A stretch of DNA of 63,910 nt, filler included, from Octopus bimaculoides (taxonomy: Eukaryota), in NCBI RefSeq assembly GCF_001194135.2. It is 8 parts of 8 records of this genome, joined end to end, with 100 filler letters (N's around TTAATTAATTAA, not from the genome) between each part and the next. Parts side by side here need not be neighbours in the genome. Positions count along the whole stretch, not along the records: positions 62,855 to 63,910 come from NW_026302460.1; 7 more parts are not named here. One strand, given 5' to 3'. The notes under the pieces were generated by a model that searched no databases, was not told the DNA's origin, and saw nothing but the letters and a program-made list of their open reading frames with translations. Positions 62,755 through 63,910 of the stretch are shown in pieces; position 1 is the stretch's first letter, and the number at the start of each line of letters is the position of its first letter. Position numbers and translations under genes: made by a program.

Positions 62755-63910
62755 NNNNNNNNNNNNNNNNNNNNNNNNNNNNNNNNNNNNNNNNNNNNTT
62801 AATTAATTAANNNNNNNNNNNNNNNNNNNNNNNNNNNNNNNNNNNNNNNNNNNNATGTAAGTTTTTCAGCTCACTTGACTTTACTTAGAGCTGATCAATG
62901 CATATAGAAAAATAAAGAGAAATGTAGAGATGCTGATTATGGCTATAGAGCCGAAAAGAAATATGTATGGGTGTTCTGCATTCCAAATTCACATGTAGTA
63001 GAGTCACACCACATTAATATAATATGTTGAAAAACTAAGATTTAATGGATTTAGATTAGGTGATATTAAAGGAACTTGTTTTTAACTATTTGAGGGAATT
63101 TTTGTCTGTTAATCGTAAAGATAGTCCACGTTAATCTTACTTTAAAAGGAAAGCAAAACTGACCTCACATTGATACAAATCTTTATTATCTAATTATTAT
63201 AAACATTTCAAAGATTGTATTGAATGTTAGTATTATACATTTATGGTTATGATGATCAGGTTTCANNNNNNNNNNTCTTAATATTCTTGTTCGTAATTAA
63301 GACTAGATATTAACGCATTAATTTAAGGCATTAGTGGAGCATAGGAACACATTTTAAATGGTTGATAATAAAAGCGGGAAAAATGAGAGCAAAACTACTG
63401 AAGTATATGTAATACATATAGTAGTAATTGCACTTGACATGAGAGTAGAGTGAGTATAATTTTATGACAATGTCACTTTTCACAATCAACCACACTGCAA
63501 TGTAAACTGAAATTAGGTCAACAGCTACACAGCTACCGCACCTCCAAAAGTATCTACATTNNNNNNNNNNATTAGGTCAACAGCTACACAGCTACCGCAC
63601 CTCCAAAAGTATCTACATTTATGGCACCAGTGAGCAGGGATCTACTTAGCCATTCAACCTGTAAGAAAATACCAACAAAGTCTTCCTCCATTTAATTCTT
63701 ACTGCCTTAAAACCATTGCACATTGGACAATAGGGTTTCGGAAAGATATGGGATGGTCATAACAGGAATGCATCAAAAGAGGACAAATGCTATCAGTTAC
63801 ACAATTTGGCAGATATACATATTGTGTAATTAAAGGTTACATGTAGCTTGTGCATTATGCTGATTGTAGTGAATTTTATCCCTGAAGCCAACTTTTGAAA
63901 ATAATGGACA

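Noticed and set aside
63512-63619. Exact 49-bp direct repeat
   Set aside because: The two copies flank a 10-N gap, typical of an unmerged contig overlap.

Overview
AT-rich, gap-riddled eukaryotic scaffold saturated with microsatellites and retroposons. The repeat content (tRNA-derived SINE families, RLE-type LINEs in TAA repeats, Penelope fragments) points to a coleoid cephalopod, most likely Octopus; this is inference, not a database match. I recognise no host protein-coding gene, rRNA, true tRNA or CRISPR array. Almost every ORF in the supplied track is an artefact of microsatellites or N runs. Supportable content: four tRNA-headed SINE families (my labels A-D); fragments of R4/Dong-like RLE LINEs, two RTE 3' ends and one CR1-group LINE; Penelope-like pieces (RT-EN linker, GIY-YIG); a mariner deletion derivative; and several foldback/MITE elements. 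The most interesting signal is a set of minimal type-I hammerhead ribozyme motifs with palindromic helix III (22353, 39342, 48714/49854, 50293/50694). They lie in Penelope-type terminal repeats, several arranged as inverted pairs. One lies in a tRNA-headed SINE that also has a Penelope-style inverted copy of its own 3' end at its 5' flank (39132-39444), a candidate Penelope-mobilised, ribozyme-bearing SINE. A second theme is strand-polarised insertion of several RLE LINE families and a non-coding partner element into (TAA)n microsatellites. A few unverified candidate exons, a possible promoter and a possible recursive splice site are listed at low confidence.
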